Below are positions 41,823 through 53,058 of a stretch of 64,000 nt of DNA, one piece after another. The DNA is from Flaccisagitta enflata. Its lineage: Eukaryota. Where the stretch lies: contig OZ231126.1 in assembly GCA_965153355.1 (NCBI GenBank), positions 14,198,001 through 14,262,000 on the forward strand. Reading direction: 5' to 3'. Position 1 is the first letter of the stretch, and each line of letters begins with the position of its first letter. The notes under the pieces are model-generated. The model did not search any database. It had not been told where the DNA came from and saw only the letters and a list, made by a program, of their open reading frames with translations. The position numbers were made by a program, and so were the translations under genes.

Positions 41823-42038
41823 CCAAGCTGGAAGAAACGATCCTCCATCTACACATTGGACTTTGGCGTTGGAGCATTCAGAGGATCCGGTGGCGGGACA
41901 GTAGATAGGTTCGTCTCTGCTGCAATTGGCAGATATTGCAGCCAAAGCGCCCCCATTGGACGAAAGGCAAGAAAACAAAATGGCGGCGAAAACCAACAGC
42001 CAATGAGGGCTAAGAACGGAAAAAGACGAACGCTGCAT
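41823..42038 (-). CDS. Na+/Ca2+ exchanger (NCX/SLC8/Calx family), coding exon 1: signal peptide and Cys-rich N-terminus
   Basis: ATG at 42038. 72 codons MQRSSF...HWLLVFAAILFSCL...CVDGGSFLPAW, with a hydrophobic signal peptide and an NCX-like 'C..G..LP.W' motif. Ends at donor TGG|GTGAGT (phase 0), in frame with the next exon. Confidence 0.85.
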
Positions 42039-42325
42039 TATGTATCTTTTATACTTCGTTTATTTATGTTTGTTGTTATTTTCGTCGTTAGGTTAGTTTT
42101 GGAGGTAAGCCAGTAGTTACTTCTTTATAGGTCTATATAGATTTAAAACAATTTCGGTACATGTGTTCGTTTTAACTTTCGTTTTGATAAGCGTCGTTGC
42201 TGTGTTATTTCCTCATGAACTTCTTTTGATTTTTCAAGTGTTTTCTCCTTCTTTATTGCTTTCCTTTTTCCCCTTTTTTCGTTTTTCCTTTGAACATGGA
42301 AGCCTCAGATATCCATGATGACAAT
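42039..42325 (-). other. Probable 5' UTR part of the NCX ATG-containing exon
   Basis: Strong minus-strand acceptor TTTCTTTTCATCCTTTTCCCGCAG| ending at 42326, which implies further upstream non-coding exon(s). No transcript evidence. Confidence 0.5.
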
Positions 42326-43362
42326 CTGCGGGAAAAGGATGAAAAGAAATCATGATTATTATTATTATCTTTTTGTTGTTGTTCTTCAGACAGTCATAGC
42401 TTAGATTCAGTCGAGCGCGATTTGTTCGGTAGACACGACATCATATGTAGAATCTTGCATGTCCAGTACATCTTAATTTTTTTTTAAATTAGTTTTCTCG
42501 TTCTACTGCTGAGGTCAGTCACCTCTCCCATGGTAATGCAATGATGGTTTTGTTGGGAAAACAAGGCCGGATAGACGGCTACTCAATTCGTGAGCGGGTG
42601 GGCAGGGGCAGAGATTAAAAAGACTTCTTCTGCATTAGGGCAGGAGCAGTAATGCAAAGACCCATAAACCCATAAACTCTGAAAAAGTAAAAACAGTAAA
42701 AGGGGGACCAACTGGTCGACCAATTGACGGACCGACTGACCAAAGGACGGACGGACAGACAAAGCGGGATGTAGAGTCGCGAATCACCGACGGGTGGGCA
42801 GGGTAAACAACCCCCCTCCACCTCTTGGCAAGAGGCTCTTGCACTCATGTGACATCTCAAATACGCGTTTCACACTTTTTGGCCAAAGGACAAACGGACA
42901 CGGGTTTAACAGCAAGAGCAGGACGATTGTTCCATTGCATTAACAAAGGCAGCTCTCGCCTTATTCGGCTATCTGGAAATAGGGATGAAGGCTGGATACG
43001 TTTTTAGCAAATGTACAACAGGCGGACAGACAGACCTGAAGATGAGAGGAAAGAAAGACAGTGCGCGAAAAATGACCAACTTTGAGTGCATTGAATAACG
43101 TATCCAGAAATGGATTTACGCTCTTAGACCTATTTCTTAATCATGCCGTGTTGAAGCTACTTTTTCCTTTCTGTTTCATTTTGTGACTTTTCTGCCAAAA
43201 AAGAAAGGAAGAAGAGATTTGGAAAAAAAAGTATGAAGAAAAGCGAAATGGAAGACGATTTTTTTCTTTGAAGGAAATTGAAAATAAAAAAGATTAAAGG
43301 CGAAAAGCGTCAATTGAAGAAGTGAAAATCTCGCAAAAGAATTTTTCGAATGTATTCGACGA

Positions 43363-43499
<137 letters not shown>

Positions 43500-44229
43500 T
43501 ACTGAGGTTGGGTGTGTCGTTTGAAAATGGACTGAAGGTTAAGTAGAAGAAATGACAGTGGAAATTGAAAAATCAAGTAGAAAGGTTTGGCTCAAATCGC
43601 GGAATGCGCCTGAGAAAAAAGTAGGGCACCAATTTGCAAATGGGAAAGCTTTCAAAAAGCTGCATTTCAAACAGAATGAAATGATTATGACTGAAAGGTT
43701 CGTGCTCGAGATTCTACTGTCAAGATATACATTCAATCCAGAGTGTTTCCGATCATCGATATTGACATTCGGAACTTCTGATTTCACCGCCTTTCTCTGG
43801 TCTAATTTCCATTCAAAACATTCTCTGTTATTGAATAAGAAGAAAGCGACTATCTTAAATATCAACAAGTGATGTAAGATAGAAGAAGCAATTCGTTTTC
43901 TTTAAGGGGAATTCATCTAAAATCCTTTTCACTGTTAACTTTATAGAAAGAAATAAAAAAAATAACAAAACAAAGCAAATTCTAAACTTCATGGAATATG
44001 CAGGGTAAGACCCCTCTTTAGCCTTTCCCAGCGGCACGAGTTTTTAATCATGTAAGAATCTGCCTGAAACAAGAAATCAAGAATGAACGATGAGTCTGCA
44101 TTCTGATTTTCTTTTTTATCAACTTAACATGCAGGATGAAGGAACCCTACAAATATCATGTAGCAGTAGTTACAATTTTTCGTAACTGGGATTGGGCAAA
44201 GAGTAAGATAGCGTTTTTTTACTTCTCCA

Positions 44230-44430
44230 TTTTTAGTCGCGGACACGCGGACACGTCTTTTGTCCGTCGGTCCATCAATTAGTCCGTTGGTCCGTAAACA
44301 CGAGGCGAAAAGTGCGAAAACGAGCGTTTTAGATGGTTTTTGTGTATGTGAGTGGGGAACTTGGGGTGTGGATGGGGGATGGATGCCCCTGCCCACCCGT
44401 CCGCAACGATATTGTGAGCCCGCGTCTTAT
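44230..44430 (+). mobile_element. HINE-like family D (copies 301-560(-), 1455-1670, 18740-18928(-), 35907-36120(-))
   Basis: Shared 3' block CCCCTGCCCACCCGTCCGCAACGATATTGTG...GCGTC and 5' TTTTAGT(C/T)GCGGACAC. Confidence 0.7.
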
Positions 44431-44564
44431 TTACCTCTAACTTTCTTCCTCAATACAAGTTTGTCTTTATCCTTTTCCTCATCTTTGTGTACACGTCTTT
44501 TTAAACAATGTGTTCGTATCTTCTTGTACTCGGTTTTCATCATCTTTTGATACTACTTCTCTAT

Positions 44565-44676
44565 CTTCTTCTTCTTCTTCTTCTTTATCTTCTTCTTCTT
44601 CTTCTTCTTCTTCTTCTTCTTCTTCTTCTTCTTCTTCTTCTTCTTCTTCTTCTTCTTCTTCTTCTTCTTCTTCTTG
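44565..44676. repeat. (CTT)n microsatellite
   Basis: Direct reading. Confidence 0.98.
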
Positions 44677-45379
44677 CTTTCCTACTCCGTTTCCTCCTCC
44701 TTTTTTCCTCGTTCTATATTCTCTGTTTGTACTACGTATACATTCGATTTGTGTTGTTTATCGAAACCATCTTTTAGCAAGTAATAACAGTGACATAAAT
44801 CTGCGGAGAAAGTAGACCGGGAAAAGTGGAGGCCAGAAGTAACAGTGGCTGTTGTAGCGAATGAAAAATAATAAAATCTACCAATTATTTGTACAAGCGA
44901 CTGTTGATCTTTTTTCCTTTCTTTTTTCCTATTTTTAGTCGCGGACACGCGACTCTAGAACTTGCCGTGTCGGTCGGTAGGTCGGTAGCAGGGTAGGTAA
45001 GAAATATTGTTAAATTGCGAGCGGTTTTCGCATTACGGCTCATGCCCAACCGTCCGCGACTGTATTGCCGTGTATCCGGCCTTGTTTTTAGATGCGACAA
45101 AGCACCTCTATAACTGACTGTGTCCGTTGGTTGGTCGGGTAACGCATTCGTTCGACGATCCACACGTCGCACCTTATTGGCCTACTTGGCCTTGTTTCTT
45201 CTTCTTATACTTACGTTCTTTATTCTTATCGTCGATTTCAAAGCGCAGATTGTCAACGACAAAGACAAAATTAACAAAATAAGTCCATGATTATCTCGAT
45301 TATCTCCTTTTTTTGGCGATTCTTAGGTGAAGTCATTTTTGTAAGATGCAAGATGTTTATCTTTGGAGATGGATTATGT

Positions 45380-46952
45380 TAAGGATGTTAGGAAGCGAGC
45401 AGAGACCAGATTTGAGTATATGTGTTTTTTCCTTGGAGGGCAAAGGATTTGAGCTATTGAGTTGATTTTTTTTGTGGATCTTCAATGGAAGGCTATTGCT
45501 GATGCAATAAAATAACAATTTGTTGAGTCAAAAACAGATTTTTGAGGATTTTGAGCCTAACTAGTGTAAAATATGCGATTCTATTATGCGGTTCTGGCTG
45601 TTAAAATTCATCAAATACAGAGTAAATAGGTTATTTGAGGTTCAAAAAAGGGCTTGATTATGCTTAGAATTGATGTTAGAGATGATTTAGCCACTTTGGA
45701 GAAACTTCTACGCGGTCAGGAATTTTTAAAATCAATTTTAGTCAAACTCAACACTTTTTCTTTATATTTCTTCTTATGGGTGTTGATAGCATAAGCAAGT
45801 AAAAAAAATGTACATTTAGATGTAATCTAGGGCCACTTTGCCTTTTTCTGGTAATCAAACCATTCGTTGGCCTTTTGGGGGTATCTGCACCACTTTTAGT
45901 TCAGAAAACAAAGTAGCAAGGCTCCTAAGAGAGTGCCATAATCTGCAGTTGGTCGCCGCCCACGGCCGGGCCTATTCCTAACAGTCTTATTAGAGGGAAA
46001 ATTAATCAAAATATGAATTTCTTGATTTTTCGCTCATTTATCAATGGAATTAGCTATTTCTAATTCTCCCCTGTGATAAAAAATCAAATTTGGGCCAAAA
46101 ACTAAATGCTTTGAGGTATTTTTAGGGCTTGAAATCGGCCCATTAGAGCCATTTTTTGACAATCTTGAAAATCGGAGGCTTCAAGAAGGTGTCATCTTTG
46201 AGAGCCAATAGCTTTTTATTGGAGAGAGATAATAGTTAGCTCTTTTTTTCAGATGAGAGTACTCAAAAAGATCTTTCAAATAAGCACTGACTTTCCTCAA
46301 AAACTATTCTCCATTAGCGGATAATGACCTAACAAAGTTAACTGAGTACAGGGTTGCTTCTTATAAGGATGTTAGGAAGCGAGCAGAGACCAGATTTGAG
46401 TATATGTGTTTTTTCCTTGGAGGGCAAAGGATTTGAGCTATTGAGTTGATTTTTTTGTGGATCTTCAATGGAAGGCTATTGCTGATGCAATAAAATAACA
46501 ATTTGTTGAGTCAAAAACAGATTTTTGAGGATTTTGAGCCTAACTAGTGTAAAATATGCGATTCTATTATGCGGTTCTGGCTGTTAAAATTCATCAAATA
46601 CAGAGTAAATAGGTTATTTGAGGTTCAAAAAAGGGCTTGATTATGCTTAGAATTGATGTTAGAGATGATTTAGCCACTTTGGAGAAACTTCTACGCGGTC
46701 AGGAATTTTTAAAATCAATTTTAGTCAAACTCAACACTTTTTCTTTATATTTCTTCTTATGGGTGTTGATAGCATAAGCAAGTAAAAAAAATGTACATTT
46801 AGATGTAATCTAGGGCCACTTTGCCTTTTTTCTGGTAATCAAACCATTCGTTGGCCTTTTGGGGGTATCTGCACCACTTTTAGTTCAGAAAACAAAGTAG
46901 CAAGGCTCCTAAGAGAGTGCCATAATCTGCCGTTGGTCGCCGCCCACGGCCG
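45380..46952 (+). repeat. About 1.6 units of the ~984-bp tandem repeat
   Basis: Near-identical to the units at 53059-64000. Starts mid-unit at TAAGGATGTTAGG and ends at GCCCACGGCCG. Confidence 0.97.
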
Positions 46953-47959
46953 CACATAGCGAGATTTTGATATACCAGAGGAAAGTTTAACCTAAAAATA
47001 CAAAATCACCCCAAATACCCCCTTTATCACCACCTCGAGCACCCCTACAACCACCCAACCCCCAAAATCACCATCACATAGCGAGATTTTGATATACCAG
47101 AGGAAAGTTTAACCTAAAAATACAAAATCACCCCAAATACCCCCTTTATCACCACCTCGAGCACCCCTACAACCACCCAACCCCCAAAATCACCATCACA
47201 TAGCGAGATTTTGATATACCAGAGGAAAGTTTAACCTAAAAATACAAAATCACCCCAAATACCCCCTTTATCACCACCTCGGGCACCCCTACAACCACCC
47301 AACCCCCAAAATCACCATCACATAGCGAGATTTTGATATACCAGAGGAAAGTTTAACCTAAAAATACAAAATCACCCCAAATACCCCCTTTATCACCACC
47401 TCGGGCACCCCTACAACCACCCAACCCCCAAAATCACCATCACATAGCGAGATTTTGATATACCAGAGGAAAGTTTAACCTAAAAATACAAAATCACCCC
47501 AAATACCCCCTTTATCACCACCTCGAGCACCCCTACAACCACCCAACCCCCAAAATCACCATCACATAGCGAGATTTTGATATACCAGAGGAAAGTTTAA
47601 CCTAAAAATACAAAATCACCCCAAATACCCCCTTTATCACCACCTCGGGCACCCCTACAACCACCCAACCCCCAAAATCACCATCACATAGCGAGATTTT
47701 GATATACCAGAGGAAAGTTTAACCTAAAAATACAAAATCACCCCAAATACCCCCTTTATCACCACCTCGGGCACCCCTACAACCACCCAACCCCCAAAAT
47801 CACCATCACATAGCGAGATTTTGATATACCAGAGGAAAGTTTAACCTAAAAATACAAAATCACCCCAAATACCCCCTTTATCACCACCTCGAGCACCCCT
47901 ACAACCACCCAACCCCCAAAATCACCATCACATAGCGAGATTTTGATATACCAGAGGAA

Positions 47960-47989
47960 TCTTTCACCTACACGACGCTCTTCCGATCT
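47960..47989 (+). other. Illumina TruSeq adapter sequence (artefact)
   Basis: TCTTTCACCTACACGACGCTCTTCCGATCT matches the adapter TCTTTCCCTACACGACGCTCTTCCGATCT with one extra base. Confidence 0.97.
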
Positions 47990-48638
47990 AAATACCCCCT
48001 TTATCACCACCTCGGGCACCCCTACAACCACCCAACCCCCAAAATCACCATCACATAGCGAGATTTTGATATACCAGAGGAAAGTTTAACCTAAAAATAC
48101 AAAATCACCCCACATACATCCTTTCAGGCATTTTAACTAAGTCATCATTACCCCTACAAGAGCAACCCCCTAATAAAAATCCTAATACTATCACCATCGA
48201 CACCTTTTAAAATACCAGAGGAAAGTTTAACCTAAAATACAAAATCACCCCAACACCCCTTTATCACCATAATTCCCGTGCACCCCTACAACCACCCAAC
48301 CCCCAAAATCACCATCACATAGCGAGATTTTGATATACCAGAGGAAAGTTTAACCTAAAAATACAAAATCACCCCAAATACCCCCTTTATCACCACCTCG
48401 GGCACCCCTACAACCACCCAACCCCCAAAATCACCATCACATAGCGAGATTTGGATATACCAGAGGAAAGTTTAACCTAAAAATACAAAATCACCCCAAA
48501 TACCCCCTTTATCACCACCTCGGGCACCCCTACAACCACCCAACCCCCAAAATCACCATCACATAGCGAGATTTGGATATACCAGAGGAAAGTTTAACCT
48601 AAAAATACAAAATCACCCCAAATACCCCCTTTATCCCC

Positions 48639-48657
48639 ACACGACGCTCTTCCGATC
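48639..48657 (+). other. Illumina TruSeq adapter fragment (artefact)
   Basis: Exact match ACACGACGCTCTTCCGATC. Confidence 0.93.
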
Positions 48658-51032
48658 ACCCAACCCCCAAAATCACCATCACATAGCGAGATTTTGATAT
48701 ACCAGAGGAAAGTTTAACCTAAAAATACAAAATCACCCCAAATACCCCCTTTATCACCACCTCGGGCACCCCTACAACCACCCAACCCCCAAAATCACCA
48801 TCACATAGCGAGATTTTGATATACCAGAGGAAAGTTTAACCTAAAAATACAAAATCACCCCAAATACCCCCTTTATCACCACCTCGGGCACCCCTACAAC
48901 CACCCAACCCCCAAAATCACCATCACATAGCGAGATTTTGATATACCAGAGGAAAGTTTAACCTAAAAATACAAAATCACCCAAATACCCCTTTATCACC
49001 ACCTACCTCGAGCACCCCTACAACCACCCAACCCCCAAAATCACCATCACATAGCGAGATTTTGATATACCAGAGGAAAGTTTAACCTAAAAATACAAAA
49101 TCACCCCAAATACCCCCTTTATCACCACCTCGGGCACCCCTACAACCACCCAACCCCCAAAATCACCATCACATAGCGAGATTTTGATATACCAGAGGAA
49201 AGTTTAACCTAAAAATACAAAATCACCCCAAATACCCCCTTTATCACCACCTCGGGCACCCCTACAACCACCCAACCCCCAAAGCCAAAGCCTCCAAGCT
49301 TTTGAGGCAAGGTTTTTTTCCCCTGATAACCGGTCAACGTCCCTCCCACCTCCACCGCTCATATTTCAATTCATTCAAATTTTTGAACATCATATAGCGT
49401 ATCCGTTTACATTAATAGGAAATCCAAAAAGCTCCTTCAATCGCAACCCTGTTGTAAATAATAGCAGACATACAAAAGTTTAAAGTTTTTTTATGTTTTT
49501 CACTGAAATTGTTGATTTTGCTCTCCCATAGGCGGCTTTTTAATTTCATTCTATATCTGTGACAATATGCAGAAAGCTTTCATCAATCTCCAACAATTTC
49601 TTTTCTTTAATGGCATGAAACCCTACTTAAAATGATGAATTTCAGTAATAATTTGGAGACTGACAGAAACAGGGCTGGATACATAGCCATCAGTTGCAGA
49701 CGGGTGGGCAGGGGCAGAAACGCGCGTTTTCCCACTTGACTCGATCATTACGGACCAACGGACCAACGGACCGACAGACCGACGGACAGACAGACAGACA
49801 AAGCCTCTTATAGAGTTGCGTGTCCGCAACTAAAAACAACTGACAGATGCACCCTGAGACAATTTGACCAGCGTATACACGCAACTGCATGCACGCAATG
49901 GCATGCACGCAACTGAAAATTTCCAATGCCACATAAGGGTAGGAACAACTTTAATATAGACGTAAGAACTAAAAATTGTACGTAATTCATGAGAATCAGA
50001 TTAACATGAGGCGGCCGTGAATTCCATGACTAATTTTAGAGGGCCACGCGGCTTGCAACGTTCGCTCCGCTCTCGCTCCGCTGCGCCTCACTCGCTCGTT
50101 CTGCTTTGTTGACAGGATTGCTCAATCACTTCGCTCACTCCCTAGTGGGATGGTTAAACAAAAACAAGGCCGGATACACGGCAGCCCAGTTGCGGATGGT
50201 TTGAAAGGAGCAGTAATGCGAAAACAGCTCGGAATTCAAAAATGTGACCGACTGATGGACTGAACGACACGGCAAGGTGTAGTCGCGTGTGCGTGACTAA
50301 AAAGAGAGAGACAAAAGAAATAACTTTGGGTTACGAGACAAAGATAGAGACATATGAATACACTTCGTTTCTATTATAAGAAGGACATTTTTGGCCAAAG
50401 CCTTCAGAAGAGATAGAGAAAGCTCCAAGTAAAATAACAACAATGTTCTCAATTCTGCGTTGCTGTTCTTATAAACCTGGTTCTTGAAGAAAAGAAAATG
50501 TTCAAAGATATGCACAATCTGCTCATGAGTGATGTTTGTAACCTTCGTGAAGGAGGAAATTATGTAGCAGCCAAAACAAGACAGTACAGATTTAAAATCT
50601 TCCGAGAGGCAAAAATTCTGCCTCATATGTTTCCCACACAGATTGTTATTAGTCTGTTGGCAATGCCAAATAGATGCCAACTTGGCATCCATTTTATGGT
50701 AAAAATTTGAAAAATGTAACACTAAGAAGGCAAACAAAAAGGTGTAATTTTTAAAAAATGCATGTTCTGATATGAAAAATGAGTTCAAATGACACGAGAT
50801 ATGACAATTTGTATTTTCACATTTTTAGGCTTAAAAATCCCTCGACAAAGACGGCCTAGGCCGTCGAAAATTCGGGAAAACAACATTGTTATTATTCCAG
50901 ACTAATCAGTATGCTTGATTTCTTTTACTCAATTTGACCATAAAATAGAAAAAGTCTGAAAAATGATTTGATTCCATCACACGATCAAGTTTTTATCTTC
51001 TCTGACAAAATGCCTCTTTTGTACTCAACATA

Positions 51033-51547
51033 CAGTAGATGTCGTCTAGACTTGGAAATACGGGGGAATTCATTACAGGAAGACAAATAAAGTTAGAGAG
51101 TGATATTTGGAATATCAACTAATAAAAGGATGCTTTACAGCCGCATGAAACACATTTCCATGTATTTACGCTAAAGTATCATTTTAGTTTGGAACATTGC
51201 TTAAAAACATTTTTCAGCACATGTTGGTTTGGCGGTTGCTAGGGAGCATCACAGGGCTCTCACACGTTGTTACGCTCCTTAGCAACGGCTAAACGAGCAA
51301 TATTCTTACAGAACATACTGTGGGAAAGTTGTGGCAAATTTTATTTTAAACAATGTTCCCTAAAAAAATTTCTCAAAATATTGATACTTTAGCGTGAATA
51401 CATGAAAATGTGTTTCCATAGCAACCAACACCCATGGGCAACAAAGCATCCTTTTATAAGTTTATATTCCAAATATCAGTCTCTTTAGTAAATTTGTCTT
51501 CCTGTAATGAATTCCCCCGTATTTCCAAGTCTAGACGACATCTACTG
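51033..51547. mobile_element. TA-flanked MITE (pogo/Tigger-like CAGTAG ends)
   Basis: About 55-bp perfect TIR CAGTAGATGTCGTCTAGACTTGGAAATACGGGGGAATTCATTACAGGAAGACAAAT, further imperfect arms, TA TSD. Confidence 0.92.
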
Positions 51548-52282
51548 TACTCTTGAGGGTTTTAATCTCGTCTTTGTTTGTTAGCTTCTTTCTTTTTTTC
51601 CTCTTTCTTTTTAGTTGCGGACACGCAACTCTATAAGAGGCTTTGTCCGTCTGTCTGTCCGTTGGTCCATCTGTCCATCGGTCTGTCCGTCCGTCAGCAC
51701 GAGTTGGAAAACAAGCATTTTAGAACATTTCTAGTTGCGGGCAGTTGCATTTTTGCCCCTGCCCACCCGTCCGCAACTGGTGGCAGTGTATCCGGCCTTG
51801 TTTCTTTTTTTCCTCCTTCCTTATCCGATCTTCCGACAAACTCCTTCAGCACCCAAGAAGCGGCGTTTTCTGCTTCTTCAAAATATGAACGCCTGTGGGC
51901 AGGAACGGAGCAAGGCGAGATATACGGCAAGACAGTCGCGGACGATTGGGCAGGGGCCATTATGCAATAATCGCTCGGAATTCAACAAAATTTGTAACGG
52001 ACCTACCGACCGACACGGCAAGGTGTAGAGTTGCGTGTCCGCGACTAAAAATCCAAACAAGCCCGACTGAGCAATGAAGCGTCTGGACTGTCTCTGCAGT
52101 TTTTGTCCAGGCAAACAGACAGACAAACAGACGGACAGATGGACCAACGGACAGACCCTTTAATAGGGATGCATTCCTAACGGCTGCACCTAAAACGGAC
52201 TGAAAATACAAACACAAAAAAAATAGTCTTTGACTATCTCTGTAGTATATGCTTCAAAAGTATTTCCGTGAGACTGATCGGC

Positions 52283-52610
<328 letters not shown>

Positions 52611-52816
52611 GTATTAATTACGTGGTCATCATCAACAAAATTGTCATCATTTTTTGTCATTTTTCAGTCTGCTACGATAAAAAAATCAAAATGGAAGAAA
52701 GAGAAGGAAAAAGTAAGAAAAAAGTTACTCAGTCGGAATTCAGTATGGGAAGATTGAAACAGAGCATTAGGAAGAGATTTCTTATGAAAATGCAGCAAAT
52801 CAAAGTGAGCCTGTAC

Positions 52817-52962
52817 CTGGTCATCGTCATTTCACTATGAATGAAAATCAAACCCCTACACTAAAGATCGGGGAATTTCGGGAGGTTGTCCGGCTTAGGT
52901 GTTGTAGTACTCAGTGTAAGCTACAACATCGAGGGTTTATATTTCCCAAACGGAAGTGACGT
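52817..52962 (-). promoter_or_regulatory. Possible promoter and non-coding first exon
   Basis: ACGGAAGTGACGT (ETS plus CRE half-site) at 52950-52962, minus-strand TATAAA at 52936-52941, donor-like CAG|GTACAG at 52817/52816. Motif evidence only. Confidence 0.25.
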
Positions 52963-53058
52963 TTTGAGACGTTTTGAAAAAACTAAAATAGTAGCAAGAT
53001 GATGTTCTCTGACACATTTTATTCATTTTAAAATTTTTTCCTCTAATCTCGCACTGTG

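Larger units (their letters stand above)
46953..49280 (+). repeat. 122-bp satellite, about 19 units
   Basis: Unit CACATAGCGAGATTTTGATATACCAGAGGAAAG...CCCCCAAAATCACCAT with period 122. Confidence 0.97.

Noticed and set aside
46953..49280. CRISPR-like array with occasional unique spacers
   Set aside because: Units are full-length identical 122-mers. The unique inserts are Illumina adapter or consensus noise, and there are no cas genes.
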